Origin: Myxococcota bacterium | GTDB taxonomy: Bacteria; Myxococcota_A; UBA9160; UBA6930 | Direction of reading: 5' to 3' | NCBI GenBank assembly: GCA_965223415.1 | Contig: OZ245002.1 | Location: forward strand, 1,088,001-1,152,000 | DNA: 64,000 nt | Part shown: one piece after another, positions 28,387-38,182 of the stretch | Position numbering within the stretch: the first letter of the stretch is position 1 | Layout: every line of letters begins with the position of its first letter | Position numbers and translations under genes: made by a program | The notes under the pieces: model-generated | Told to the model about the DNA's origin: nothing | The model's input: only the letters and a program-made list of their open reading frames with translations | Database searches by the model: none

Positions 28387-29838
28387 GTGCCGGATCCGTC
28401 CCAAGCCCCGCTTCCCGACGGCCTCGTCGTGTTCGTCAAGCGCGAGTGCCCGACCTGCGAGCTGGTCGTCCCGGTGCTGGGCGAGATCGCCGCCCGGGCG
28501 CCGCTCACCGTCTACACCCAGGACGATCCGAGCTTCCCGGAAGGCGCGGGCGCCGTGGACGAGACCGACCTCGCCCGCTCCTGGCACCACGCGATCGAAG
28601 CCGTGCCGACGCTGCTGCGCATCGAGAACGGCAAGGAGACCGCCCGCGCCCTCGGCTGGCATCGGGGAGATTGGGAGGAGCTGGCCGGCCTGTCCGGTCT
28701 CGGCGCGGGGCTGCCGGAGTGGCGGCCCGGCTGCGGTTCCCTCTCCGTCGACCCGACCCGGGAGCCGGAGCTCCGCCTGCGCTTCGAAGGCGGCGTGCTG
28801 CGCGCCCGCCGCGTCGAGCTGGCAGAGCTCGAGGACGAGCAGGAGGCGATGCACGCGCGGGGCTGGACGGACGGCCACCCCGTCGTCCCGCCCACCTGTG
28901 CCCGGGTGATGGCGATGCTGGAGGGAACGACCCGCGCGCCGGACGAGCTCGTCGCCGTCGTGCCTCCGGACCTGGCGGAGGGCACCGTCGAGAAGATCGC
29001 GATCAACGCCGCGATGGCCGGCTGCAAGCCCGAGTACCTGCCGGTCGTCCTCGCCGCGGTCGAGGCCGTGTGCAACGACACCTTCAACCTCCACGGCGTG
29101 CAGGCCACGACCATGGGCTGCACGCCGCTCATGGTCGTGAACGGCCCGATCCGCAAGGCCCTGGGAATGAACTCCGGCGTCGGCGTCTTCTCCCCGGGCA
29201 ATCGGGCCAACGCGACGATCGGCCGCGCCCTCACCCTCGTCGTCCGCAACATCGGCGGCAGCAAGGCCGGCGGCATCGACCGCTCCACCTACGGCCACCC
29301 GGGGAAGATCGGCATGTGCTTCCCGGAGGCGGAGGAAGATTCGCCGTGGGAGCCGTTCTCGGCAGATTTCGGCGTCGCCACGGGCACGAACACCGTGACG
29401 GTCTTCGCCTCCGAGGGCCCGCGGTTGGTCATCGACCAGATGTCCCGCGACCCCGATTCCCTCACGAAGAGCCTGGCCGCCTGTCTGAAGGCGGTGCACC
29501 ACCCGAAGATGGGTGTCGCCCTGTCGGCGCTGCTGGTGATCGGGCCCGAGCACGGGCGGGTGTACCGCGAGGCCGGCTGGAGCAAGCGGCAGGTGAAGGA
29601 CGCCCTCCACGAGGCGCTCCTGCTGCGCGGCGCCGACGTGATGCGCGGCGCCGGCGGCATCGCCGAGGGCCTGCCGCTGCCGGCGGGCGCCGAGGATGCG
29701 ATGATCCCGAAGTTCCGGCCCGGCCACCTGCACGTCGTCTTCGCGGGAAGCGGCGCCGGCCTCTTCTCGACCGTCTTCGGCGGCTGGATCACCGGCGCCG
29801 AGGGCAGCCTTCCCGTCTGTCAGGAGATCCGAACATGA
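28387..29838 (+). CDS. Thioredoxin-like (CxxC) domain fused to a UGSC-associated uncharacterised domain
   Basis: FVKRECPTC, AVPTL, RPGCGS, GWTDGHPVVPPT, EKIAINAAMAGC, NRANATIGRA. Confidence 0.75.
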   Translation: MPDPSQAPLPDGLVVFVKRECPTCELVVPVLGEIAARAPLTVYTQDDPSFPEGAGAVDETDLARSWHHAIEAVPTLLRIENGKETARALGWHRGDWEELAGLSGLGAGLPEWRPGCGSLSVDPTREPELRLRFEGGVLRARRVELAELEDEQEAMHARGWTDGHPVVPPTCARVMAMLEGTTRAPDELVAVVPPDLAEGTVEKIAINAAMAGCKPEYLPVVLAAVEAVCNDTFNLHGVQATTMGCTPLMVVNGPIRKALGMNSGVGVFSPGNRANATIGRALTLVVRNIGGSKAGGIDRSTYGHPGKIGMCFPEAEEDSPWEPFSADFGVATGTNTVTVFASEGPRLVIDQMSRDPDSLTKSLAACLKAVHHPKMGVALSALLVIGPEHGRVYREAGWSKRQVKDALHEALLLRGADVMRGAGGIAEGLPLPAGAEDAMIPKFRPGHLHVVFAGSGAGLFSTVFGGWITGAEGSLPVCQEIRT

Positions 29839-30362
29839 GCGAACCGCGCATCCTGCTGGATCCCACCGACGAGCGCTCGCCCGCGATTCGCGAGCGGGCG
29901 CCGCGTCTCGACGCCCTGGACGGCCGCACGATCGGCCTGCTCGACATCTCGAAGGCGCGTGGAGACGTATTCCTCGACCGTCTGGAGGAGGGGCTGCTGA
30001 AACGCGGCGCGTCGGTGGAGCGCTACAAGAAGCCCACCTTCACCAAGCCCGCTCCCGTCGACCTGCGCCACGAGATCGCGGTGAAGTGCGACGCCGCCGT
30101 CGAGGCGCTCGCCGATTGAGGCAGCTGCACGACGTGCAGTTTGCACGACACCATCGATCTCGAGACCCGCGGCCTGCCGGCGGTCTTCATCGCCACCACC
30201 GAGTTCACCGACGCAGCGGAGGCCCAGGCGAAGGCCCTGGGCGCCGATCCGGTCGGCGTGTTCGTCGCCCACCCGATCCAGGACCGGACCGACGACGAGC
30301 TCCGCGCCCTGGCCGACGAGGCCCTCGAACGCATCGTCACGGGCCTCACCGAAGAGGGCTAG
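29835..30362 (+). CDS. UGSC family selenoprotein (in-frame TGA = Sec at 30117-30119)
   Basis: ALAD-TGA-GSCTTCSLHD continues in frame to TAG 30362 (175 aa); hairpin directly after the TGA. Confidence 0.85.
30121..30144 (+). promoter_or_regulatory. Candidate bacterial SECIS hairpin
   Basis: GCAG-CTGCAC-GAC-GTGCAG-TTTGC stem-loop starting 2 nt after the UGA. Confidence 0.55.
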
Positions 30363-30375
30363 GAGAGGCGAACCC

Positions 30376-31470
30376 CTAGATCCGCGACTCCGCCACGGGC
30401 GGGGCACCGAACACGCCGACCTCGCAGAGGAAGGCCTCGAATGTGTCGGCGGCGAGACGGTGGCCCGCCGCATTCCAGTGCGGGTCGCTCTGGAAGTGGT
30501 GCTGCTCGCGGGGGAAGCCCCGGAAGGTGTCGCCGAGGGGCTGGTGGGGGACGTCGAGCTCTTCCAGCGTCTCCGCGAGGAAGCGCCGCAGGTGCGGGAC
30601 CATGCGCACCGAGCCCACCACGAGCCGCGCGCCGTCGGCCTCCACCTCCGCCTTCAACGCCCCGAGCAGCCGGTAGGTAATCTCCAGGTGCTCGTCGGCC
30701 AGATGCCACTTGGCGCGGCCGGTGCGAGCCGGGACGGCCACCTCTTCCACGGGCTGGAACCAGGGCAGCGCGGCCTCGCTGATCAGGTCCGGAAGCGCCA
30801 CGAGGTGGGGATACAGCGCGACGTTGTTGTAGACCCAGCGCTCGACCTGACGCCTGCGCCGCTTCTGGGGCACGGGCACGTTGCCGAGCTCGAGGCCCTC
30901 GCCGGCCAGCTCGAAGGCGGGCTTGGCGTAGCCGTACCGGCTGGGCTGGTGGTTGTCGAGGAAGTCGTTGGGGTGCAGCAGGAGGAAGACGACGTCGGGT
31001 TGGAACTGGCGCCCCTCCGTCTGGTACCAGAGCAGCTGCTGATCGGTGCCGTAGCCGCTCACCGACGCGTTCAGGATCTCCCAGTCGTCGGCCCGTGCCG
31101 GCTCGCTCTGCTCGAGCAGCTCGACGACGCCCTCGTGCCGCTCGACGCCGAAGCCCCAGCCGAAGGAGTCGCCCAGGAACAGCATGCGCGGCCGAGCGGG
31201 CTCCCGCTCCACCTGGGCGGGCGCATCGCGCATGCCGTGCTCGTTGATGGCGACGCGAACCTGGAAGTCCGCGTGGCGGTGCATCCCCTCCTGGTTGGGC
31301 CGGTGACTCCAGCCGAGCTGCGCGTCGTAGCGCCAGAACCGGCGGTCGCCGGCGGCCGGCGCCCACTCGGGCAGGGCGAACCGCACGACGACCTCGAAGG
31401 CCCCTACGGTGAGCAGGACGGCGAAGAGCGCGAGGGGGACGTTGACCAGCAGCGAGCCGAGGCGATCCAT
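30376..31470 (-). CDS. SGNH/GDSL hydrolase family protein
   Basis: LGDSF, NASVSGYGTDQ, PND, DPHWNAAGH; N-terminal TM. Confidence 0.88.
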   Translation of the reverse strand: MDRLGSLLVNVPLALFAVLLTVGAFEVVVRFALPEWAPAAGDRRFWRYDAQLGWSHRPNQEGMHRHADFQVRVAINEHGMRDAPAQVEREPARPRMLFLGDSFGWGFGVERHEGVVELLEQSEPARADDWEILNASVSGYGTDQQLLWYQTEGRQFQPDVVFLLLHPNDFLDNHQPSRYGYAKPAFELAGEGLELGNVPVPQKRRRRQVERWVYNNVALYPHLVALPDLISEAALPWFQPVEEVAVPARTGRAKWHLADEHLEITYRLLGALKAEVEADGARLVVGSVRMVPHLRRFLAETLEELDVPHQPLGDTFRGFPREQHHFQSDPHWNAAGHRLAADTFEAFLCEVGVFGAPPVAESRI

Positions 31471-31532
31471 GGCGGCAAGCTAGCGGGACGCGCCTGAGGG
31501 CCGGATGAAGCGACCGGGCCGATTCCGGGGGT

Positions 31533-32789
31533 TTATCCCCTCGGCGTGATACGATACCGGAGCGGCAGGTGCTTGAGGCCGACCACGAAGCTCGAGCGGA
31601 TCCACTCGGGCTCGCCGGCCAGCTCCACGTGCTCGAGGCGCGACGTCAGCTCGCGGAAGAGCGCCCGGGCCGAGCGGCGCGCCAGGTTCGCCCCGAGGCA
31701 GAAGTGCTCGCCGATGCCGAAGCCCAGGTGCGGGTTCGGGTGCCGGTCGATGCGGAACGAGAACGGCTCGTCGAACACGGCCGCGTCCCGGTTGGCGGAG
31801 GCGTAGAAGAGCACCAGCCGGTCGCCCTTCCGAATCTGCTTGTCCCCCAGGCGGACGTCACGGGCGGCGGTGCGCTTCATGTAGTTCACCGGTGTGGTCC
31901 AGCGCACGATCTCCTCGAAGAGGGGATTCACCAGCTCCGGGTTCACCCGCACCTTCTCGAGCTCGTGCGGGTTCTCGACCAGCGCTCGCATCCCTCCGGC
32001 AATCGCGTTCTTCGTGGTGTCGTGACCGGCGGTGAAGACGATCAGGTAGTAGCCGAAGGTCTCCATCGGCCCCATCGGCTGGCCGTCGACCTGGCCGCCC
32101 GCGAGCACGGTAGCGAGATCGTCCCGGGGATTCGCGCGGCGGTCCTCGATGATCTTGTTGAAGAACTGGAAGAACTCGAGCCCGAGCTCGCGGATCGCCG
32201 CGTTCCGGTCCTCCCCGGGGCGTTGGAGCTCCGGATCGTCCGAGCCGAAGAGCTGGTTCGTCATCTCGAGGATGTAGGGCTCGTCCTTCTGCTCGACGCC
32301 GAGGATCGTGGAGAGGACGCGCAGCGGGTGGGCGGTCGCCACCTCCATGGCGAAGTCGCACTCGCCTTCGCCGGTGGCGCCGGCCAGCTTGTCCACGGTC
32401 TCGCGGGCGCTCCGCTCGACCGCCTCGTCGAGGCGCCCGAGGGCGTTGGGCGTGAACCAGGCGCTCGACACCTTGCGGAAGGTGCGGTGCTCCGGCGGAT
32501 CCATCTCGATGATGGTCCGCATCATTCCGAGGCCCTCGCCCTGGTCGCGGAGCTGCTCGCGCTCCTCCTCGATCAACACGATGCCGGGGGCGTTCAGGAA
32601 GGTGTCCGGGGCCTTGGAGATGCGGCAGATGTCCGCGTGACGGGTGATCGCCCAGAAGGGCGGATACTTCGCGGGCTCGCACCGATGGATGGGATCCTGC
32701 TCCCGGAGCGCCGTCCAGCTCGCGTGGGGATGTCCGTCCGCCTCGTAGGCGGGCGGATCGACCAGATCGAAGCCGTCGGTGAGAGCCAT
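31533..32789 (-). CDS. Cytochrome P450
   Basis: AGHDTT, EIVRW, SANRD, FGIGEHFCLG. Confidence 0.95.
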   Translation of the reverse strand: MALTDGFDLVDPPAYEADGHPHASWTALREQDPIHRCEPAKYPPFWAITRHADICRISKAPDTFLNAPGIVLIEEEREQLRDQGEGLGMMRTIIEMDPPEHRTFRKVSSAWFTPNALGRLDEAVERSARETVDKLAGATGEGECDFAMEVATAHPLRVLSTILGVEQKDEPYILEMTNQLFGSDDPELQRPGEDRNAAIRELGLEFFQFFNKIIEDRRANPRDDLATVLAGGQVDGQPMGPMETFGYYLIVFTAGHDTTKNAIAGGMRALVENPHELEKVRVNPELVNPLFEEIVRWTTPVNYMKRTAARDVRLGDKQIRKGDRLVLFYASANRDAAVFDEPFSFRIDRHPNPHLGFGIGEHFCLGANLARRSARALFRELTSRLEHVELAGEPEWIRSSFVVGLKHLPLRYRITPRG

Positions 32790-32800
32790 GGATCCTCCTC

Positions 32801-33484
32801 CTAGAGCTCGATGCCGTGGGGCTTGAACAGGGTCTCCTCTTCGGCGATGCAGGCGGCGAAGCTCGGCCGCTCGTGGATGCGCTCGGCCCAGGCGAGGAGC
32901 TGGGGCCAGCGGGCGCCGTCGACCCGTCCGCCCGCGTGGCGCATGTTCACGAGCTGCGTCGCGACGGAGATGTCGGCGATCGAGAACGCCTCGCCGACCA
33001 GGTAGCCGTGGCCCTGGAGCTGGCGCTCGAGGTAGTCGAAGTGGGCCGGCAGGTCCTCGTGCAGGGTCTTGCGGGCGCGATCGACGTCGCGCTCCTTGCC
33101 CATCATCGCGCCCATCACCATCGGCCGGAACATTCCGATTCCGATCGGGCCCGCCAGCACCGAATCGGCGAACTCCTCGTACCAGAGGGCCCGGGCCCGG
33201 GCAAAGGGCTCGCTCGGGTAGAGCGGCGGGTCCGGGTGCATCTGCTCGAGGTAGGCGCAGATGGCCGAGGAGTCGGGGATCGTCCCGGCCTCGCCCTCGG
33301 TGCCGACGCTCCGGTCTCGCAGCACGGGGATACGGCCAGCCGGGTTGATGCGAAGGAAGTCCTCGGACGGCGGGAAGGGCATGACCATCTCGATTTCATA
33401 GGGAACGCCCTTCTCGGCGAGCACCACCTGCACCTTGCGGACGAAGGGCGAGCCCTTGGCGCCCAGGACGACGAGATCGGTCAC
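32801..33484 (-). CDS. Glutathione S-transferase family protein
   Basis: SPFVRKV, NPAGRIPVL, DSSAICAYL, FSIADI. Confidence 0.92.
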   Translation of the reverse strand: MTDLVVLGAKGSPFVRKVQVVLAEKGVPYEIEMVMPFPPSEDFLRINPAGRIPVLRDRSVGTEGEAGTIPDSSAICAYLEQMHPDPPLYPSEPFARARALWYEEFADSVLAGPIGIGMFRPMVMGAMMGKERDVDRARKTLHEDLPAHFDYLERQLQGHGYLVGEAFSIADISVATQLVNMRHAGGRVDGARWPQLLAWAERIHERPSFAACIAEEETLFKPHGIEL

Positions 33485-33519
33485 GGGTCTTCCTCCTCGT
33501 AGGGGCCGGGGAGTCTACG

Positions 33520-34800
33520 TCAATTCTGGTCTTCGAACGCGTCCCGGCCGACCTCGCTCACCTTCTCGAAGCGCTCGCGCTGCTCCGGCGTCAGCGCCGA
33601 CTGATCCGTGATCTGGCGGCCCAGGGCCGGGAAGGTCGGGATCTCGTCGTCGGCGAGCTCCTTCATCCGCACCTTCCGCTCCATGGCCGCCTCCAGGTAG
33701 GGCGCCAGCTCCTCCATCTTCGCCCGCTGGCGCGCCTCTTCCTCTTCCTTGAACTCGGGCAGCACGCGATCGGCGAAGAGCTCGAGGGACTCGCAGATGT
33801 GCTCGTGGCGGTTGCGCCCGCCCTGCTGGATGAAGGTCACCTGGTCCACCCCGGCGTCGGAGAAGGCGCGCAGGTGGGTACGCAGCTCGTCGGGAGTGCC
33901 AATGCCCCGGTCGGCGCCATCGTCGGGCAGCATGGGCCGGGCCTTCTCGAAGGCCCTCCAGATGTCGGTTCGGCCGGGCTTGTGCTCGCCGAAGATGTAG
34001 TGGTGACCGAGGCCGAAGCCGAAGAAGCGGAAGCCGTCCTGGCCGCGGCGCTTGGCTTCATCCGCGTTCTCGTGTACCGAGAAGCCGGTGACCATCGCGA
34101 TGTTCGGGTTGATCGCGTGGCCGATTGGCACGCATTCCTCCTTGAGGATGCGGTAGTAATCGTCGACCCACTTCTTGGCCTCCGCCGTGTCGACGAAGGC
34201 GAAGGTGAGGGCGCCGATGCCCAGCCGGGCCGCGAGCTTGATCGTCTCCCGGTTCGAGCAGGCCACCCACAGCGGCGGATGCGGCTTCTGGACCGGCTTG
34301 GGCACGACGTTGCGGCAGGGCATCTCGAAGTAGCGGCCCTGGTAGCCCGGGTAGGGGTCCATGACCATCATGTTCGCGATCTGCTCGGTCGCCTCCCGCC
34401 AGGCCTCGCGCTTCGTGGCGACGTCGACCTGGAAGCCGCCGAGCTCGAGAATGGCCGAGGACTCCCCCGTGCCGAACTCGACACGGCCGTCGGACACCAG
34501 GTCGAGAGTGGCGATGCGCTCGGCCACCCGCGCCGGATGGTTATAGCCCGGTGGCGTCTGCACGATGCCGTGGCCCAGGCGGATGCGCTTCGTGCGCTGG
34601 GAGCAGGCGGCGAGGAAGACCTCCGGAGCGGAGGAGTGGGAGTACTCCTCCAGGAAGTGGTGCTCCACCTCCCAGGCGAAGTCGATGCCGATGCGATCCG
34701 CCAGCTCGACCTGGTCGAGGGCCTCCTGGAACAGTCGGTGCTCGTCGCCCTCGTTCCAAGGCCGCGGCAGCTGGTGTTCGTAGAAGATCCCGAACTTCAT
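33520..34800 (-). CDS. LLM class flavin-dependent oxidoreductase
   Basis: MKFGIFYEHQLPRPW, VEHHFLEEYSHSSAPE, PKPVQKPHPP. Confidence 0.92.
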   Translation of the reverse strand: MKFGIFYEHQLPRPWNEGDEHRLFQEALDQVELADRIGIDFAWEVEHHFLEEYSHSSAPEVFLAACSQRTKRIRLGHGIVQTPPGYNHPARVAERIATLDLVSDGRVEFGTGESSAILELGGFQVDVATKREAWREATEQIANMMVMDPYPGYQGRYFEMPCRNVVPKPVQKPHPPLWVACSNRETIKLAARLGIGALTFAFVDTAEAKKWVDDYYRILKEECVPIGHAINPNIAMVTGFSVHENADEAKRRGQDGFRFFGFGLGHHYIFGEHKPGRTDIWRAFEKARPMLPDDGADRGIGTPDELRTHLRAFSDAGVDQVTFIQQGGRNRHEHICESLELFADRVLPEFKEEEEARQRAKMEELAPYLEAAMERKVRMKELADDEIPTFPALGRQITDQSALTPEQRERFEKVSEVGRDAFEDQN

Positions 34801-34908
34801 CGTGGCTCCTTCGCTCGTGATGCGCGAGGCGGAGCCTAGCTCGCTCCCCCCGGGGGATCCCCGGGCGACCGCGGGAAATGAGGCTTTTCGAGGAACCCGG
34901 ACCTGCCG

Positions 34909-36807
34909 ATGCAGGGGAGCACCTTTCTCGGGAATCCGATGACCGCCGCCGACCCATCCGATACCGCGGCCCAGGAGCCGGCCCTGGCCGTTCTCCTGGT
35001 CGAAGCCGACCGCATCGCTGCGGAACGACTGTTCGCCGTGCTGGGCGAGGCGCCGACCGGCCGCTTCGAGATCACCCACGTCGCGCGCATCGAGGAAGGT
35101 CTTCACAAGCTCCACGAGGCCCACTTCGACGTAATGCTGCTGGACCTCGCCATCGAGGAAGGCGCGGGCCTCGAATCGCTGTACCGCGCCCGGGTCGCGG
35201 CGGAGGCGGTGCCGATCGTCCTCCTCACCTACCAGGGCGACGCGGACCTGGCCCTGCGCGCAACCCGCGCGGGAGCCCACGACGTGCTCATCAAGGGCGA
35301 GGCGACGCCGGCTCTGATCGCCCGCAGCCTCGTCCACGCCGTGGAGCGCCACCGCATGATGGCGCAGCTTCGCGATGCGAAGCAGCGCCACTGGTTCCTG
35401 GCGAACCACGACCCCCTCACCTCCCTCCAGAACCGGACGGCCTTGCGCGAATCGGCGCGCGGCGCCCTGGCTCGCGCCCGGCGCCGCGGCGAGCGCCTCG
35501 CGGTCCTGTTCCTGGACCTCGACGGATTCAAGCCCGTCAACGACAACCTCGGCCACGCCACCGGGGACGAGCTGCTGACCGACGTGGCCCAGCGCTTGCG
35601 GCGCATCCGTCCCAAACGCGACGTGGTGGCCCGCATCGGCGGCGACGAGTTCGTGGTCGTGGCGATGGGCGTCGTCGACCGCGAAGCCGCGATCCGGCTG
35701 GCCGAGGACCTCCGCGACGAGATCGAGAAGCCCTACCACGTCGGCGGCGTCGAGTGCTTCATCAGCGCCAGCCTCGGCGTCGCGCTCTTTCCGGAAGACG
35801 GCAACGACGCCGACGAGCTGATCCGACGCGCCGATACCGCCATGTACGTCGCGAAGGGCGCCGGCCGCAACGCCGTCCGCTGCTTCGAGCCGGCGATGGA
35901 CGAGGAGACCCACGCGCGCTTCGAGATGGTGAACGGCCTTCGCGAGGCGATCCGCGCCGGCCAGCTCGTGCTCGATTTCCAGCCCCAGATCGACGCGGCC
36001 CAGGAGCGCATCGTCGGGGCCGAGACCCTGGTGCGCTGGCAGCATCCGACCCGCGGCATCGTGGCGCCCGGCGAGTTCATCGGCGTGGCCGAGGACACGG
36101 GGATGATGGTCGGCCTGGGCGAGTGGATCCTGCGCACCGCCTGTGCCGCCGCCGCGAGCTGGACGGAGCTGTCGGACATCCGCCTCGCCGTGAACATCTC
36201 CGGCCGCCAGCTGGAGCAGCGCGACTTCACACGCCGGGTCCGGGCGATCCTCGACGAGACCGGCCTGCCCCCGGGACGCCTCGAGCTCGAGCTGACCGAA
36301 TCCGTCGCTGCCCAGGATTCGGCCATGAAGGCCCTCGCCGGTCTGCGCGAGGCAGGCGTGCGCGTGGCGATCGACGATTTCGGAACCGGCTACTCCTCCC
36401 TCACCCTGCTGAAGCAGCTCCCCGCCGACCTCCTCAAGATCGACCAGTCCTTCGTCCACGACGCGGTCTCCCGGGATTCCGGCGCGCTGATCCTCGACGC
36501 GATCCTGCGCATCGCCCGCGGCCTCGGTCTCGACGTGATCGCGGAGGGCGTCGAGACGCTGGAAGAGATGGACCTGCTGCTCGGCCTGGGCTGCGTCCAG
36601 ATGCAGGGCTACCTGCTCGGCAAGCCCACCGCGAAGAACGACTTCGAGGCCAGCGTCAGCGCGCCCGACGCGCTCTGGCGCCTCCCGATCGAGCGGCCGG
36701 AGGCCTGGTCGCCCCCGTCCCGGGAGGAGCTCCTGACGAGCGTTTCGAACCCGGACCCGCTGGAGCCGGAGATGCTCGACGACGACGCCCTGCCGGTGCT
36801 CAAGTAG
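34909..36807 (+). CDS. REC-GGDEF-EAL protein (start possibly 34939)
   Basis: MLLDL receiver, GGDEF, ETL variant of EAL, DDFGTGYSS, IAEGVE. Confidence 0.92.
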   Translation: MQGSTFLGNPMTAADPSDTAAQEPALAVLLVEADRIAAERLFAVLGEAPTGRFEITHVARIEEGLHKLHEAHFDVMLLDLAIEEGAGLESLYRARVAAEAVPIVLLTYQGDADLALRATRAGAHDVLIKGEATPALIARSLVHAVERHRMMAQLRDAKQRHWFLANHDPLTSLQNRTALRESARGALARARRRGERLAVLFLDLDGFKPVNDNLGHATGDELLTDVAQRLRRIRPKRDVVARIGGDEFVVVAMGVVDREAAIRLAEDLRDEIEKPYHVGGVECFISASLGVALFPEDGNDADELIRRADTAMYVAKGAGRNAVRCFEPAMDEETHARFEMVNGLREAIRAGQLVLDFQPQIDAAQERIVGAETLVRWQHPTRGIVAPGEFIGVAEDTGMMVGLGEWILRTACAAAASWTELSDIRLAVNISGRQLEQRDFTRRVRAILDETGLPPGRLELELTESVAAQDSAMKALAGLREAGVRVAIDDFGTGYSSLTLLKQLPADLLKIDQSFVHDAVSRDSGALILDAILRIARGLGLDVIAEGVETLEEMDLLLGLGCVQMQGYLLGKPTAKNDFEASVSAPDALWRLPIERPEAWSPPSREELLTSVSNPDPLEPEMLDDDALPVLK

Positions 36808-36813
36808 CGACGC

Positions 36814-37635
36814 CTAGCGTCCCCGAAACTGCGGCTTGCGCTTCTCCACGAACGCGCGCACGGCTTCGCGGTGGTCCTCGGTCCCCGCCGATCGCACCAC
36901 GCCCTCCGCCTCCGCAGCGAGGCACGCCGGCAGGTCTTCCCGAAGCGCCCGGTCGAGGTTGGCCTTCATCAGGCCGTAGGCGACGGTCGGCCCCTGGCCG
37001 AGACGGCGCGCCCAGGCGAGGGCCTCGCTCCCGAGCTCCGCGTCGGGAACGACGCGGTTGGTGATGCCCAGGCGTTCGCAGGTGGCGGCGTCGATGCGCT
37101 CGGCGCCGAAGAAGAGCTCTCGCGCCTTCGCGGTGCCGACGAGCTGGGTGAGGAAGAAGCTCGCCCCGTAGTCGCCGGAGAGCCCGACGTTCGCGAAGCC
37201 GGTCGTCACGAAGGCGCTCTCGGCCATGATGCGCAGATCGCAGGCCAGGGCGATGGAGAGCCCGGCCCCGGCGGCCGGGCCGGGGAGTGCGGCGAGGGTC
37301 GGCTGCGGCAGGGCGTAGAGAGCACCGGTGAGCGCCAGCTGCCGGCGGGTCTGGTCGGCGATCACCTCCTCGCGGGAAGGCGGCGGGGCTGGGCGGGAGC
37401 CACGGCCCCCCATCCCCTTCACGTCGCCGCCGGCGCAGAAGGCCGTGCCCGCGCCGGTGACGAGGACGGCGCGCACCCGCGCATCGTCCCGCAGCTCGCC
37501 CAGCAACGTCCGCAGCGCCGGGCTCAGGCGGTCCGAGAGCGCGTTCCGCGCATGGGGACGGTTCAACGTGAGGACGGCGACGCAGTCCTCGACGTGGGCG
37601 AGTAGCTCTTCGGTCCCGGTCTCGAGCGTCTCCAT
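36814..37635 (-). CDS. Enoyl-CoA hydratase/isomerase
   Basis: LNRPHARNAL, FCAGGDV, GPAAGAG, VGLSGDYG. Confidence 0.92.
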   Translation of the reverse strand: METLETGTEELLAHVEDCVAVLTLNRPHARNALSDRLSPALRTLLGELRDDARVRAVLVTGAGTAFCAGGDVKGMGGRGSRPAPPPSREEVIADQTRRQLALTGALYALPQPTLAALPGPAAGAGLSIALACDLRIMAESAFVTTGFANVGLSGDYGASFFLTQLVGTAKARELFFGAERIDAATCERLGITNRVVPDAELGSEALAWARRLGQGPTVAYGLMKANLDRALREDLPACLAAEAEGVVRSAGTEDHREAVRAFVEKRKPQFRGR

Positions 37636-37874
37636 GCACAGACCCATAGCCCGCCTCTGCGGCGCACAGCGAGCCCCTTGGGCGGCAGGGCCTCACCAGA
37701 GGCGCGCTGGGGATCACGATCGGATCGACGTGATCGGGCGGTTCGAGGTAGCGGGGGCCTCCCGGGCCTCCGTCGGGGCGGCCCGTCGTTTCGGTGCGCG
37801 AAGCGCCGCAGTGTCGAAAGGCGGTCGATCCGTGTGATGAGCCGACCCCCTGAGTTCCCGACGGCTGCGTCCCT

Positions 37875-38103
37875 CGGAGCCCACTTCACGTCCACCTGGC
37901 CGAGGCGGACGCCATGGGTGGGTCGTCGTTCTCCGCGCCGGATTGGAAGCTCCCGGGTCCGGGAGGATTCCCCGCTCTGTCAGCGGCTGCTTCGCAGCCA
38001 CCGCTCGCTCGCGGTCCGTCGACGTGAAGCCCCTGGGCGCGCGCACCATGTGCCGCCGACGGCTGCGAGACCTCGCTCTCCCGTGCCGCCCCGTCGGGCT
38101 CCG
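37875..38103 (-). ncRNA. Candidate structured ncRNA or leader of unknown class
   Basis: Closing stem cggagccc/gggctccg, long-range cttcacgtc/gacgtgaag, several local hairpins; TTGCCC-N18-TAGGTT just upstream. Confidence 0.45.
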
Positions 38104-38182
38104 TCTTCAACCTACACCCGCCGCGATCGCGCGGGCAAGCGAAAACGAAGCGACCGCGCGTTCAGGGGTGCAACGTCACACC

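Noticed and set aside
30141..30362. Independent 73-aa ORF with TTG start
   Set aside because: Better explained as the C-terminal half of the UGSC selenoprotein
37700..38140. tmRNA, RNase P, SRP or cobalamin riboswitch identity
   Set aside because: Signature motifs (GAGGAAAGTCC, GGAAGGAAGCAGC, tRNA-like ends with a T-loop) were not found
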